This document shows positions 24,200 to 36,998 of a stretch of 64,000 bases of DNA, one piece after another. This DNA is from Vicugna vicugna (lineage: Eukaryota). Positions within the stretch are counted from its first letter, which is position 1. Each line of letters begins with the position of its first letter. The stretch spans positions 309,059-373,058 of the forward strand of contig MU058658.1 of NCBI GenBank assembly GCA_013265495.1, given 5' to 3'. A model generated the notes under the pieces. That model worked only from the letters and a program-made list of their open reading frames with translations. It searched no databases and had not been told where the DNA came from. The translations under genes were made by a program, and so were the position numbers.

Positions 24200-24480
24200 C
24201 ACCTGGTTTGAGAATTGCAGGATAAAGATGAACTCAAACAAGGAATTCTGCCAGCAGACTGCCTAAGGTCTTGAACTGCAACTCTTCCCTGGGTTTCCAG
24301 CATGCTGGCCTACCTCGCAGATTTTGGACTTACCAGACCATCATAATCACATCAGCTAATTCCTTAAAAAAATAAAAAAATAAAAAACTTACCTCTTTCC
24401 TTTCTCTCTCTCTCTCTACATACACAAGCGCGCGCGCACACACACACACACACGGTTCTGTTCCTCTGGACATCCCAATA
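24200..24480 (+). mobile_element. MLT2-like (ERVL) LTR fragment containing a (CT)n(CG)n(CA)n microsatellite
   Basis: CAACTCTTCCCTGGGTTTCCAGC...GCAGATTTTGGACTT...GGTTCTGTTCCTCTGG. Confidence 0.65.
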
Positions 24481-25649
24481 CGTCACAGAACTGCACACTT
24501 AAAATGGTAAGATCATAAACTTTGTTAAATGTATTTTACCACAAAAAATGATTTAAAAAATCCCCTAAGAACTTTTATAACACAAAGACACAGTTAAAGA
24601 TGCTACTAGAAAAAAGAAGTCAAACAACAAAGGAAAAATCTAGAAACATGTGTCAGTGGAAGCTTGTGTATTAGGTAGATGGTTCAAAATTCTTTTATTG
24701 ATAATGAATTCATGTGAAACAATTTCAAATTACTTAGTTTCAACTTCACTTCCCATTTTAAAAAAAGTTTTCTCAGTGATTGTCAACATAAAAAGCCCAT
24801 TTGCTTATAAAAATGCAGCTCTAATACATAATTGAGCCTTGCTTATTCTTATTTGATGCCACGGTTTTGCACACATGAATAACACTAAAAATATATTTAT
24901 GCACTAAGTGAAAACAGTCATACAACAGTAACTGTAGGATTCCCTTTATATAGAATTATAGAAAACGCGATCTACAATGTTTACCTGGAGATGACAAGTT
25001 GGTCGGGTTGGAAGAGAAAAGACAAAGAGGCCAATGAAAATTGTGTGCAATGGACGTGATCATTATCATGACGTGGGTGATGGTCCCACTGTGCACATAT
25101 ATAGTGAATACATTTCACACATTTAATAAATGCAGTTTAACATATGTCAATACCTTTATAAAGCTGTTAGTAAATAGTCTCTATAAAATCTGGATCTTTC
25201 TCTAGATATTGTAACGTTAGTCAAAATTGTACCGACTACCAGCACCCTTCCCCATGGCTTACGTAGGTCGATTCTGATTCCTTCTCAAAAGAGAAGAAAA
25301 TGCTGACAAACGCTTCACATGGGGAAACTATGCTAGCTAACTTAGTCACAGAGATGGAAAACGTATGATTCCACTTATACGAAGTATCTGAAGCAATGAC
25401 GTTCATACACGGACTGTAAAGAGGAGGTTGCTAGGAGAGGTAGGGAGTGGGTAGGAAGAAATATTATTTAACGGGTATGGAGTTTCAGTTTTGGAAGATG
25501 AAAAGAATTCTGGAGATAAGCTGCACAAACCTGTAAATATTTAACTGCACTAAATCATACAATTAGAAGGGGAGACGGTAAACTTTGTAATATTTTTGCA
25601 CAATCAAAAATGTTAAAAAAAAAAAAAAACAACCCTCTGTATTAGAGTG

Positions 25650-26010
25650 GCTCTTAGAGGTTGACTAGAGCATTTTGCTGAAGTCTTCCCCATCTGCAAC
25701 ACTTCCTCTGGCATGAAATTTTTGGTGCTGAAGTGGAACTTTTGGCTGAACATGTGACCAAAATGACTGGACTTAGGTCCCTCCCCACTGTGAAATCTCT
25801 GCTGTGTCGTGGGGTTGGTGTTTCAACTACTCTTGCATTCACTGCAATCAGAAGGCCTTCCTCCACTGTGAACTCTTGATGTGGGGAGCTGTACCAAACA
25901 ATACCACATTTTCTATCTTTGTAAGGCCCACTCCAACATCAACTCATACGGTGCTTCTCCAGCATAAGGAGCAGTACCTAACTTACAATAACCGCTGAAC
26001 ACATAAGGTC
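25650..26010 (-). pseudogene. Decayed zinc-finger repeats in the ZNF548-like 3'UTR
   Basis: Degenerate linker and finger remnants on the - strand, e.g. CATCAAGAGTTCACAGTGGAGGAAGGCCTTCTGATTGCAGTGAATG. Confidence 0.65.
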
Positions 26011-26013
26011 TTT

Positions 26014-26181
26014 TATTTTGTTTTAAATTGAAGTATAGTTGACTTACAACGTTTCACCTGAAACACTGTGTACAGCAAAGTGACTCAGTTTTATATACAC
26101 AGAGAATATATAAGAATATATATATTCTTTTAAAGATTATTTTCCATTACAGGTTATTATGAGATATATAGTAGATCGTTT
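26014..26181 (-). mobile_element. Short L1 3'-end insertion with a 12-bp target-site duplication
   Basis: TTTTAAATTGAAGTATAGTTGACTTACAA is an L1 3' terminus in reverse. The direct repeat CATAAGGTCTTT lies at 26002-26013 and 26182-26193. Confidence 0.85.
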
Positions 26182-27790
26182 CATAAGGTCTTTACCGCCG
26201 TGAATTCTCTGCTCAAGGAGGTTGGAGTTGTATCTAAAGAATTCGCCACATTAAGGGCACTCACACTGGCTTCAGTGTGGACTTTCTGGTGATGAACGAG
26301 GTGGGACTTCCTAATGAAGGCCTTCTGACATTCGCTGCACTCATACGGTCTTTCTCCAGTATGGATTTTCTGATGCTCCACAAGAATATGCTTGTGGCTA
26401 AAGGCTTTCCCACACTCGCTGCAGTCGTAAGGCCTCTCTCCAGTGTGATTCCTCCAGTGTTTCATGAGGTTGGAGTTGTACCGAAAGAATTTCCCACACT
26501 CGCTGCACTCGTAAGGCCTTTCTCCACTGTGGACTCTCTTATGTCTAATGAGTCTGCAGTGGTACCTAAAAGATTTCCCACATTCACTGCACTCGTAAGG
26601 CCTTTCTCCAGTGTGATTTTGCCAGTGTTTAATAAGCTTGGACCTGTACCTGAAGAATTCCCCACACAAGCTGCACTCATAAGGCCTTTCTGCAGTATGA
26701 ATTCTTTGATGCCTAAGGAGGGTGGAGGTGTACCTGAAGAATTTCCCACATTCACTGCACTCATAAGGCCTTTCTCCGGTGTGAACTCTCTGGTGCTTAA
26801 TGAGTGTGGAGTTATACCTAAAGAATTTCCCACATTCATTACACTTGTAAGGCCTTTCTGCAGTATGAACTCTCTGATGTCTAATGAATGTGGAGCTGTA
26901 CCTGAAAAATTTCCCACATTCACTGCATTCGTAAGGTCTCTCTCCAGTATGAACTCTCCCATGTCTTATCAGTCGATAGTTGTACCTAAAGAATTTTCCG
27001 CATTCTCTGCACTCATAAGGGCTTTCTCCATCGTGAAGTCTCTGATGTTTTATGAAGTTGGCATTGTACTTGAAGAATTCCCCGCATTTGCTGCACTCAT
27101 AAGGGCTTAATCCAGTATGAACTCTCTGATGACTAATGAGTGTGGAGTTGTACCTAAAGCGTTTCCCACAGTCACTGCACTGAAAAGGCCGTTCCCCAGT
27201 GTGGATTCTCTGGTGCTGGACAAGGTGAAACTTTCTAATGAAAGCCATCCCACATTTGCTGCACTCATAAGGCCTTACACCCATGTGGATTTTCTGGTGC
27301 TCAGCAAGTGTCTGTTTTCGACTGAAGGCTTTCCCACACTGAGCGCACTTGTAATTGTTTTGTCCACTGCTGATGACCTCCCTGCCCTCAGGGTCTCTGT
27401 GTGGCTTCCCCACACTGTGCAGGGCCAGCTGCTGGAGGGGGCCTGTGCTGCCGTGGAACTCCTTCCTGTCTCCGCTGCACATCCAGGTCCTCTCTGCCAT
27501 GTGCTCGCTGCTGTTGGTCAGGAGTGAAGCCCTCCTCTCATCTCTTCTGGAAAGTTTGTCTCTCATCTGCCCCTTTTGGTGCTGGGAAAGGTTCATTCTA
27601 CAAACATACAGCCCTTGATCAGTGCTGTGCTCAGGCAGGTGCAAAAGGTCTTTGGAGACTGGGTCACACATCTCACAGGGCAGGGCCTTCCTGGTGGACA
27701 GACCCGGCTTTAGTGTCCTGACCTCTGACACTCTGACAGAAACACCTTGTTCAGAAAGTGCCTCCTCATCCTGGGCTCCAGGCCAAAAAC
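26181..27790 (-). CDS. ZNF548: Last (zinc-finger) exon of a ZNF548-like KRAB-ZNF with 13 C2H2 fingers; full spliced protein about 597 aa
   Basis: Acceptor CTTACAG|G at 27791/27790. The fingers [31 protein letters not shown] and [14 protein letters not shown], and the frameshift-like tail [10 protein letters not shown], match human ZNF548 as I recall it. Confidence 0.9.
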
Positions 27791-27969
27791 CTGTAAGCAG
27801 AGAAGTTCTGGTGAAAGATGTGATGATCATGATGGAAGGGCAGCCCCATCAGGACACACCCAGGACCAGAGCCAGTGAGGGAGGCCTGCTGTGCAGAGAT
27901 GGCCTGGGTAGCTCCCACGATGAGAGTCCTGACGGACAGGTCAGGACAGAAGGGAGAGGCACCGCCTTA

Positions 27970-28283
27970 GTCCATTTGAGATGCAGTAACAGAACACCAC
28001 AAGTGTTTATAAACAGCAGGAGGGTACTTCTCACAGCCCTGCGGGCTGCACCCAGACATCAGCCCGCACTCTTCCAGCTGCAGGCCTCTCGCCGGGCCCT
28101 CACACGGTGTAAGGAGCGGGGAAGCTCTGCGGGTCCTTTCTAAGGGCACCAGCCTCATTCTGGAGGACTCTGCATCCATGACCTGATCATGCTTAAAGGC
28201 CCCACCTCCTAACACTGTCACCTCGAGTGGGCACAAGGTTTTCAACCTATGAATTTTAGGGGGATGCACATTCAGACCACAGC
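27970..28283. mobile_element. MLT1-type MaLR LTR
   Basis: TAAGGGCACCAGCCTCATT...AAAGGCCCCACCTCCTAACAC...ACATTCAGACCACAGCA. Confidence 0.75.
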
Positions 28284-28651
28284 AGGGAGGAGAGGCAGGC
28301 CTCCAAGTCAGTCCTCTGCAGATGGCTTTTGACACGGCCACAGCTGCCGGTGACCGGTGTGCACTGTGTAGACCTACAAATACCTGACTACAAAAGAGAC
28401 GCTGCAGTTCAAGGACGATGTAAGAATACGTGCAGACCTCGTGACACCTTACGTACAGGTCAAATACTGGAGAACCCTGCAAAGGGAGCGATGAAAGGGG
28501 ACGTTTGACAAGAGCAGGCCACACAGGGGTGGTGGGAGTGTGGCAGAAGAAACAAATGGGGAAGAAAAGGAAGAAATGAAGTGTGGACAATAGGTGAACA
28601 CAGCACAAGTTCTCAGCTCTGACATCACAGCAATTTCCAACAACTTGATAC

Positions 28652-28773
28652 CAAGGCTGGGTACTTTTGAGCATCTGCTGCCACTGAAGTTGTAATGTCC
28701 ACCCACTCAGGCACCTGAGGTCCTTCCCACTGCTCAAGGTGAGCACTGCTGTGGCACCTGAAAGAGGCCAGTT
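28652..28773 (-). pseudogene. Degenerate KRAB-B-type exon of the ZNF548-like gene
   Basis: Translates ELASFRCHSSAHLEQWEGPQVPEWVDITTSVAADAQ. It is 122 nt (123 in the intact paralogs), has no polypyrimidine tract and has a weak donor. Confidence 0.7.
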
Positions 28774-28838
28774 CTGTGTGTAAGCCGGCACATGTGCAGA
28801 GACATTCAAGACAGGATGTCTGACATTCTAAAATTATA

Positions 28839-29037
28839 AGGGGTAGTGGGTATAGCTCAGTGGTAGAGTACATGCTTATTAGTATGTACAAGGCCCAGGT
28901 TCAATCTGCAGTATTTCCATAAAAAATATATAAAGTAAAATAAAGTAAAGTAAAGTAAAAATAAAGTAAAATAAAATAAAATAAAATAAATAAAATAAAA
29001 TAAAATAAAATAAAATAAAATAAAATAAAATAAAAAT
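28839..29037 (+). mobile_element. tRNA-derived SINE with a long (TAAAA)n tail
   Basis: GGGTATAGCTCAGTGGTAGAG...AGGTTCAATC followed by a TAAAA/TAAAG tandem array at ~28920-29037. Confidence 0.9.
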
Positions 29038-29228
29038 ACTTCACAAGGGAGATTGTAGAAACAACTCAGAGGTCCCCCAAATGAGTAACTAGGATGTAGC
29101 CTGAAATTCCTGGCACAGGCAGCCCTCAGAAATGTCAGCAAGAGGAAGGGGGAAGGCCGAGGCACCAACATTCCAAGCATCTACACTGAATGACTCAACC
29201 AGGAAGATGCCAGGTAAGGGGGTTCTCA

Positions 29229-29636
<408 letters not shown>

Positions 29637-31716
29637 TCATGAGCAGCTTCTTGCTTTAACTCTGTTTTTGTGGATTCTGTGTTTATCCGTTTGCTATCCG
29701 TTAATTACAGGGCTTTAGTATGGGCCACAATTTGTTTATAGCTCCCTTGTAACCCAGAGCCCATACCCTGAACCAACTCCTTCAGGAACTCTCACACAGC
29801 ACGTCAGTATTTCCCGACCCTAAATCAGCCGGGCCAGGTACCAGACAGCGAGGGACGGCCTCACACCCCAGGACAGGACAACTGTGCAAACGAGCCACCC
29901 TAAACTTTTCGTCCAACCCTCCCTGCTTCTCCCTGGAAAGCCCAGTAAAGGCTCTGACCACTGGTTTCCCTTTGCTCGTGTTTATGCTCCCGATGAATCG
30001 AGTGCTTCCCCACGTGGCCCTGCGCCCCTCCTCTCAGGAAACCGAAGTAATAAAACTGCCCTCCAATGGCTTGGGCCTCTCCGTGTCTCCACTCACTCAC
30101 CTCCACAAGTTACAATCCTCTGGTACAGTCACTCATGCACCTCCGTTTCTGGGACCTTCCGTCCTCGCCCTACACACCTACCCGACTCCTGTTCCACCCA
30201 GACGTCCCACCGTCAGCTACACCAGGTCCCAGGCACCAGTGCCAGCTCTCCTCATCACCACTGGTCACCGTGTCCAGCACGTGGAATAGAACACGTGGGG
30301 GAGAGAGCGGAAAACCACCGTCCAGGCTGTGGACCTGCCTGCAGTGCCCGGCTCCTCTCTTACCAGTTTCCCCGGGGTCCCCCATACAGGGTCCCCCATA
30401 CGTGGACCCTCAGACTTGTCCTGGTCCTTAGGTGCCCAGTGCCCAGGCCCAGGACAACCATTCACACTCCTCCTCACCTGCATGTCACTTCTAGGCCTGC
30501 ACCCTCCTCACGACTCTGACCCCTCCACAGTGACAACTCCGCAGACACCCCAGCCCACACCACAGGCACTTCCTTCACTCCTCACAGGGCCCTGTGCACA
30601 GGGAACCAAGGCAGGGAATGGCAAATGCACCCAGCAATCAATCCAGCCCAGTCCTGCCCTGAACCCCCAAGTCCCTGAGGCCAGGATGGGTCCCAGGCCC
30701 TGCTCTGAGGGTCTCCCCACCTGGTCCTGTTTCTCCTTCATCCTCAGTCACCCTTCCTGTGTGAGACCTCACGTCCCCTCTGTCCTCCCCCTCGTCTGCA
30801 TCACACCAGCTGTCCCATGAGCTGGCAGAACCTTCCTCTGTCCTCACCTGAAGCCGAGGTACACCGTCCTCCCCACCCGGCATCTCTCCTTGGGAGCCTC
30901 TGGGACCTTTGTGACATGGACAGAAACGGACTCTTCCTCTTGCATCTGAAAACCCCTCCAACAGCGGACTTCCTCCATTTTAAGTGATGAAGAATCTGTC
31001 CTTCCTAACAAGGCCGATGACCTGGGTCATCTCTGATTCTTCCCGCTGGCCCACCTCCTTCAGTCCCTCACTCCATTACATAAAACAGGGGCAGCTCCAG
31101 TTTAGAACACAATCAGAAACCAGCCACTTCTCCATCGCACCAGCTACCCTGCTGGTGTAGCCACCCCAACACTCACCTGGATCGTGGCAGGAAATCTCCC
31201 CCCGACACCCCTGCCTTCAGTCCCCCCACCCCTGGCCAGGGCTTTCTTCCACTTGGCAGTCAGAGGGAGCCCTTTAAAATCTGGTCACAGCACCTCCCAC
31301 CTCTGCCTCAGACTTTCCCTTCCTCACACCCATCTCATTAGAGGCTCAGGACCTCAGGAAATCATTCAGGCCTGATGCCTGTGAACCCCTATCCCAGCTC
31401 CCCATTCCCACCACATATAGCAGAGGCCTGCAGTTCCCTGAATGTCCTGGCTCAGTCTCACCTGTCCCTGTCTGAACACTCTGCATCCTGTAGTCAGGAC
31501 TCCTGTCACATCCTACCCCGCCAGTTGTCAGAAATGGAACTGCTCCAGGTCACCTGAGATTAAATACAGGATCCTGGGACTGATGAAGGTACATGGTCTT
31601 TGGATGGAAGATAGGAAGAAGGGATAGATGTCCTGGGACACTACGTGGTGACACATATGTCAGGATGACAAAACCATCAGGGTGACAGCTGGGATGGGTG
31701 GGACCCCTCCACTCAC

Positions 31717-31758
31717 CTGCACGGTGTCCATAAGCATTTCTGCAACTGCTGTGGGTCC
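31717..31758 (-). CDS. ZNF548: 42-nt micro-exon 2 of the ZNF548-like gene (GPTAVAEMLMDTVQ)
   Basis: TTCCTTCTTCCCCAG|GGA...CAG|GTGAGT, phase 0/0; resembles the short second exon of human ZNF548. Confidence 0.8.
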
Positions 31759-33068
31759 CTGGGGAAGAAGGAAGCCATGAGAAATGGGGAACATGGTAGG
31801 ATTCCTCCCCTGAGCTGGACCACAACCCCTGCCATGCCTGGTTCTCAGCTCGACAGTCTAAGCGCAGTTCCTCAGAAATCAGTACTGCCTCTTACCAGCT
31901 GGGTGACCCTGGAGAAGGACTGAGCCTCCTTGAGCCTCAGGGAAAGAAAATGCTGATGGGGATGAGAATGCTTCCACCCTCACAGGGCTTGTACTGGTAC
32001 CTGATGTAAAGGGTCCACACCATGTACCCACTAGGGCCGTCCACAGGATCAACAGTTCTGTATGTCTTTTCAGTGCGAATGAAGTGGTAGTTTTGAAATC
32101 TGGGGTCTTCATCTTTAGCAGTTTTTAAGATTTCAGAGGATGTCATAGAAGAAACTTGGCACTGTAAGCAAATACCTAGAGGCTGATCAATGCCAAGCCA
32201 ATTATGAAGTGTTTGCAGAAATTTAACTGAGTGAATAGGCTAATTTCTAATTGCCTACCTGCGTGTACAAATTTTAGAGGCATATTGGTTAATTCGTGTT
32301 TAAGTTAATGAAACTTTCATACATTCTTAAGTTAACGAGTCAGAGAGAGGGGCCGAGCAGGCAGGTCAGCTGTTAGTCCACTCAGCAACCAGGCCCATCC
32401 ACCAAACAATCCTCAGAAGGGAGCTTGCTGGGCGCCCTTGACTGAGGATCATCCCTCTCGCCCTGAGGGGTGGAGAGAAGGCGGCAGTGCCCTGGTCTAG
32501 GATGCAGTGGCTGCACCAGCCTGGCTGTCCTTTCCCTGGTTCCATCAGGAGTGGCTCTGACTGTGGACCCCACAACAGCACACGTCGCAGGTCCCACTGA
32601 AGGGAAGCTCCTTAGTCCACCCGGGCCTCCCTTTCTACAGACAGGCCAGAATCCCTCCTAGGTCAGCTCTGCAGTCAGCTGGAAGGAGCATCAGGGATGT
32701 CAACACCCGCCCCTCAGGTCCTGCCCTCCTACCCTCAGCCCTCCCCTCCCTCACCACAGGGCCATCTCCGGGAACAATCTAAAGGCTCCCTCCTCAATCT
32801 GCTCCCCACACGGTTCCCTGGTGGAGTCCACACCCTCCACTCCTTTGATATCTCCAACCTTGCCCCCTTCCTCTCCTTCCAGACTTTATGTTCACCTACA
32901 CACGTGCCATTTCCATTTGGTGACACGTCCATCTGCATCCATCTCAAGAACATCACGTCCAAATACACTCATGATCTTCCCCTGGGAACCTGCTCTTTGC
33001 ACTGACTTCCCTGTCTCCGTATTTTTTCAGAAGTTCAGGCAAAGAAAACTTGGGAATGTGGGGAACGG

Positions 33069-33180
33069 GGAGGGGGTGGTGTACAGCTAAGTGGTGGAGT
33101 GCGTGCTTAGCATGCAGGAGGTCCTGGGCTCAATCTCCGGTACCTCCATTCCAGAAAAAAATTTTAAAGAAAAAAGAAAA
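33069..33180 (+). mobile_element. tRNA-Ala-derived SINE
   Basis: GTGCTTAGCATGCAGGAGGTCCTGGGCTCAATC; flanking direct repeat AAAGAAAACTT at 33041 and 33173. Confidence 0.9.
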
Positions 33181-33289
33181 CTTCAGATGGTGGTTCACTC
33201 CCGAGTTTTGCTTACATTACATTTTATGAAGCAGGAAATCTGTCTGCTGCATCTTGAGGTTTTTCCAGATTCTCTTCACCCTTCCCCCG

Positions 33290-34100
33290 TCCTGCCACCA
33301 CCCCGGCCGGCCCCTACAACACTCTGCTGGGGTCTATGGCGGGGGGTCTCCTCAGCGGTCTCCGTGCCTCCATTCGCATCCTGGGTTTCCCACGTTTAAT
33401 CTGCTAACTCCGCACACAGTTCTCCCGTCCCCACGCCCTTCACAGCCTCCCACCGAGTCCCGCTGCTGGGGCGGCCGTTTCAGGGGAGACACCTCCTCCC
33501 CTCCCCGGGTCCCCGGCGCTGCCCACCGCGTAGCACCCGCGAGCCTCGCACAGGCGGCCCCGGGGGAGCTCCCTCCCGCACCCCTTCCCACCCGCTGGAA
33601 GGGCGACCCCTCCAGGGCCGCCCTCTGCTCTGGACACGGGCGTGACCGGCAGGAACTGAGCGGGCGCCCCTCCGTCCTGACCTGGACTCGGGGGTGGGGG
33701 TCGGCCGGGTGGGGCCCGGGGACGCAGGACCCACCTGAGTGGGGCTCATCGGCGCGGCCTCGGCCACCGGCCTGTGGGAAGAGAGGGGCCCGGAGAGGCG
33801 ACGAGAGGGGCGGGAACGAGGGCACGGCCGTCACTGCAGGCTCAGGGGACCTCACGGCCGCCTCTGGGCAGCGGCGGCAACGCCTCTCCACCCGCTTTTC
33901 CGCTCCGTCACCTTAGCGCCCCGCAAGCGACACTGAGGCCGGGAACGGGTGAACGACCAGAGCCACTCAGACAAGGAGCGCCGGAAGTCCCGCTCCCACG
34001 CCATGCGCACGTACGTGAGCGTCCCTCCCCTAAGCTTTCATTGGCTCATTCGCCGCCGCGCACCGTAGAGACTTCTGGGTAACGTAGTTTCCGCTGCCAC
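33290..34100 (-). promoter_or_regulatory. CpG-island promoter of the ZNF548-like gene
   Basis: CCGGAAGT at 33981-33988, CCAAT (- strand) at 34040-34044, SBS-like CTGGGTAACGTAGT at 34075-34088. Confidence 0.85.
33735..33749 (-). CDS. ZNF548: Coding part of exon 1 of the ZNF548-like gene (MSPTQ)
   Basis: ATGAGCCCCACTCAG|GTGGGT inside the CpG island. Confidence 0.75.
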
Positions 34101-34935
34101 CAAACTTCCCAAATGTCAGAGCTGAACTTGCTCCCTATTTGGCTCGTAAAAACTTAATAGGTTCTGTCAGGGACGCCGGAAAATGGAGTTCTGTGACTCC
34201 AAAATGGGGCCGGGGGCACGTCCCTTGTTCTTAAACAGGACTCACTCAGGTTTCTGGATAGCCGTCTAGTAATAATCACAGAAAGTTTAGGGTCTTATTT
34301 CAGACTGTGGATCCCGGCAAGTTCCCTGGTGTACACACCCAATGGAACACATCATATCAAAAAAAAAAAAACACTCTAGTGGGTAGGGTATAGCCTGTAC
34401 GAGGTCCTGGGTTCAATCCTCAGTACCTCCATTAATTAATTGATTTGATTGATTGATTAACCTAATTACCCCTCCCCCATGACATTCTATGTCCACTGAT
34501 AGCTGTCAGCTATGGTGTCGCTTTTCGATTACAGGTAGAATGAAGCTCAACATATTTGACCTAAAAGAAGAAAGAAAACACTTCAGACAGATCCATGGTG
34601 GGGATGTTGGAGAAAGTGACAGAAGTCACAGAACCGGTTCAAAAGTTGAAGCATGTCTCTGGTTTCCAGATAAACAGTGTTTCTGGCTGTATGGTCAGTT
34701 GTTCTATTTGAACACAGTCAGCAAAATTTTTCTTCAAACAATGTATATTACTCCATATTTGAGACATTTTTCATTTCTTTTAAGAATCTGAAACGTATCT
34801 GAAAAAAATAGTGATTTATGATTTTCCCTGTTCTGCTGGGACAGCATGTCCTCTTTTCATAGTCAGAGCAAGTGTACAATGGGAGCATCTTGCCCCCAAG
34901 AGAAATGTGTGGGATTCTAGTCTCTCCTCTCCTTG

Positions 34936-35270
34936 TGAGACGGGCTGAGACCTGGGACCTGGGACCCTGTGCTGCAGTGCTTGCAGCGGGACAAAGTACT
35001 CCTGGAGCACCAGAATACAAAGAAACCATGAGATTAAAAGTAACTATGTGCATGCACAGCTGGGGAAATTTATGAATGAGATACAAAAAGACCAAAAACC
35101 CAATTACCACTTATGAGGTCACGGAGCAAAAGCAAGGTACTGAGCAGGATCACTACACAGATCACTACCAGGGAGGCGGGCAGACCCCCTAAGCCACCCC
35201 TCTCGCCCCACCCATGAAGCTACCCCTGCCCTCATCCAATTTAAGGGACTATCCCCACCCGGCACTGAGG
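34936..35270 (+). mobile_element. Truncated ERV LTR
   Basis: Starts TGAGAC...GACCTGGGACCTGGG and is homologous to the LTR at 36999-37419. Confidence 0.7.
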
Positions 35271-35274
35271 AAGT

Positions 35275-36990
35275 GCAAAAATCTGAAGGTAATTTGGGGT
35301 TATTTCAAAAAGGGAGGAATCCATCCAAATCTGTAAGGCAAATTCTGTGATAAGCCTTGGCATGGCTTTCCAGGCCCTGAGAGACCTTTTAAAAGTTCAA
35401 TCTGAGACTTCTTATGCAAAGTTCCAGCACAGCCAATTTAAAAGTATCTATATGGTCAATTACATTTATGTAAGTAATCAAGTCAAGTTTATTGAAATCA
35501 GATTTAATTTGCAACCAAATAAATAAGAAATTGACTATATTTGCTTAAAATGCAAGTAATTTTACAGAGAAAAAGATTATGTTTCAGTGGATGTCAAATT
35601 CTGATTCTGTTAATTGAGGTCTCTATTTGCTGCCTAAGACTCAGAGATAGTCACTTATTGTCATGCTACATAATTGTAAGTTTAATTGAATTATTAAGAA
35701 GACACTCTAAGTTTGTTTCTGAAGGTTATTGTTGCAATCTCTCTGTAGATGAAGATCAAATGCCTCATGACCTGTGCCCAGTCTCTATTAAAAATTAGGA
35801 TTTATTGTGTTATCTGTGCAGTTGCTCCAATACTTAGGAAAAAAGAAAATCCTTTAGTAAAATTGTCATAAAATGTATCTATTCATGGCATGAGACACTG
35901 CTTGCTGCTAAAGCATAACGCAGGATGTTTGTATGACAGTTTAGTATCATTGATAAAATGTACAGCCTTTAAGATGTTTCCCCCATCAACATATCTCTGA
36001 GCTTGCTCAGAATATCTCATTAGTTTTCCTTCAATGTGAATAATTAGGAAAATATATAAATCAAAACTAGCCTATCACTAAGGGACATGATACATCCAGG
36101 ACAGGCAGCAATTATCCTGGCACTGAGGGACAAATATTTTGACCTTTCAAAGGATTTACAAACAGGAAAAATGGTAAAAAAAAAATTTTTTCTTTCACAT
36201 ATTAAGGTATGGGGAAGTCACTCTGGTTTAAGCATGATTTAACTAGAACAGCCATTTTGTGGCCTATTTAATATCCATTGTACATGTGCCTTAATTATAA
36301 AGGGAAAATACATTTAGAAATCAAAATAAATTAGCTGTGGTTCATACATCCAGACTAGAGCTGGATGACCATCGTGAATAAGGCTTCAGATACGCTCCTG
36401 TATTACTAAGGACTTAAATTTTCTGCACTGTATCAGGCTTAAGACAACCCAGAGACAGTGCGTGCCCCTAAGGGATACTTTTTCCTTGCCCCCACCCCCA
36501 ACAACCCCCACACCACCACAGCAAGGGCCACCAAGAGTCAGGGCATAAACTGCCTCTGAGAAATCTGTAGGTGGACACTGGGCTATGCACCCCAATCCAG
36601 GTTGTATTCAAGGTTTAATTACACTTACCCTGCTTCCCAGCAAAAGAGAGCCATTCATCAAATCAGAAGTGGAATATAAACTACGGGCAGTTATCGAAGA
36701 GGCCACTCCCTTAAACAAATTTCAGATGGGCATTTCAGGAGGAATTTCTAATTTGGATAATTCCTTTCTAGGACTCTGGACAGGGCACAAGACCACGAAA
36801 AACATAAAGGGATCCCCTCTGATAAAAATAAACTAAATTCAGGATCCTGAACACTAGTAACCGAATCATAGACAGAAGTGGCCTTGGATACACCATATAT
36901 TGGGGGTCCTTTCTGGTCCAGCGGGGAAAAGTTTCAGAAAAAGAGATCTTTGGCTCTTTAACTCTTAAGAATAAGGGGTGTAGAAGCCCT
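35275..36990. mobile_element. Degenerate ERV1 (MER4-group-like) internal sequence
   Basis: TTTTAAAAGTTCAATCTGAGACTTCTTATGCAAAGTTCCAGCA resembles MER4-group internal sequence as I recall it. No intact ORF. Confidence 0.5.
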
Positions 36991-36998
36991 CAGAGGGG

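Noticed and set aside
26277..27527. Antisense ORFs over the finger arrays (also 43467-44639 and 61198-62031)
   Set aside because: Same artefact; no independent promoter, splice or homology support.
27967..28809. 280-aa minus-strand ORF
   Set aside because: Intronic; it runs across the KRAB-B pseudo-exon and an MLT1 LTR and has no coherent protein signature.
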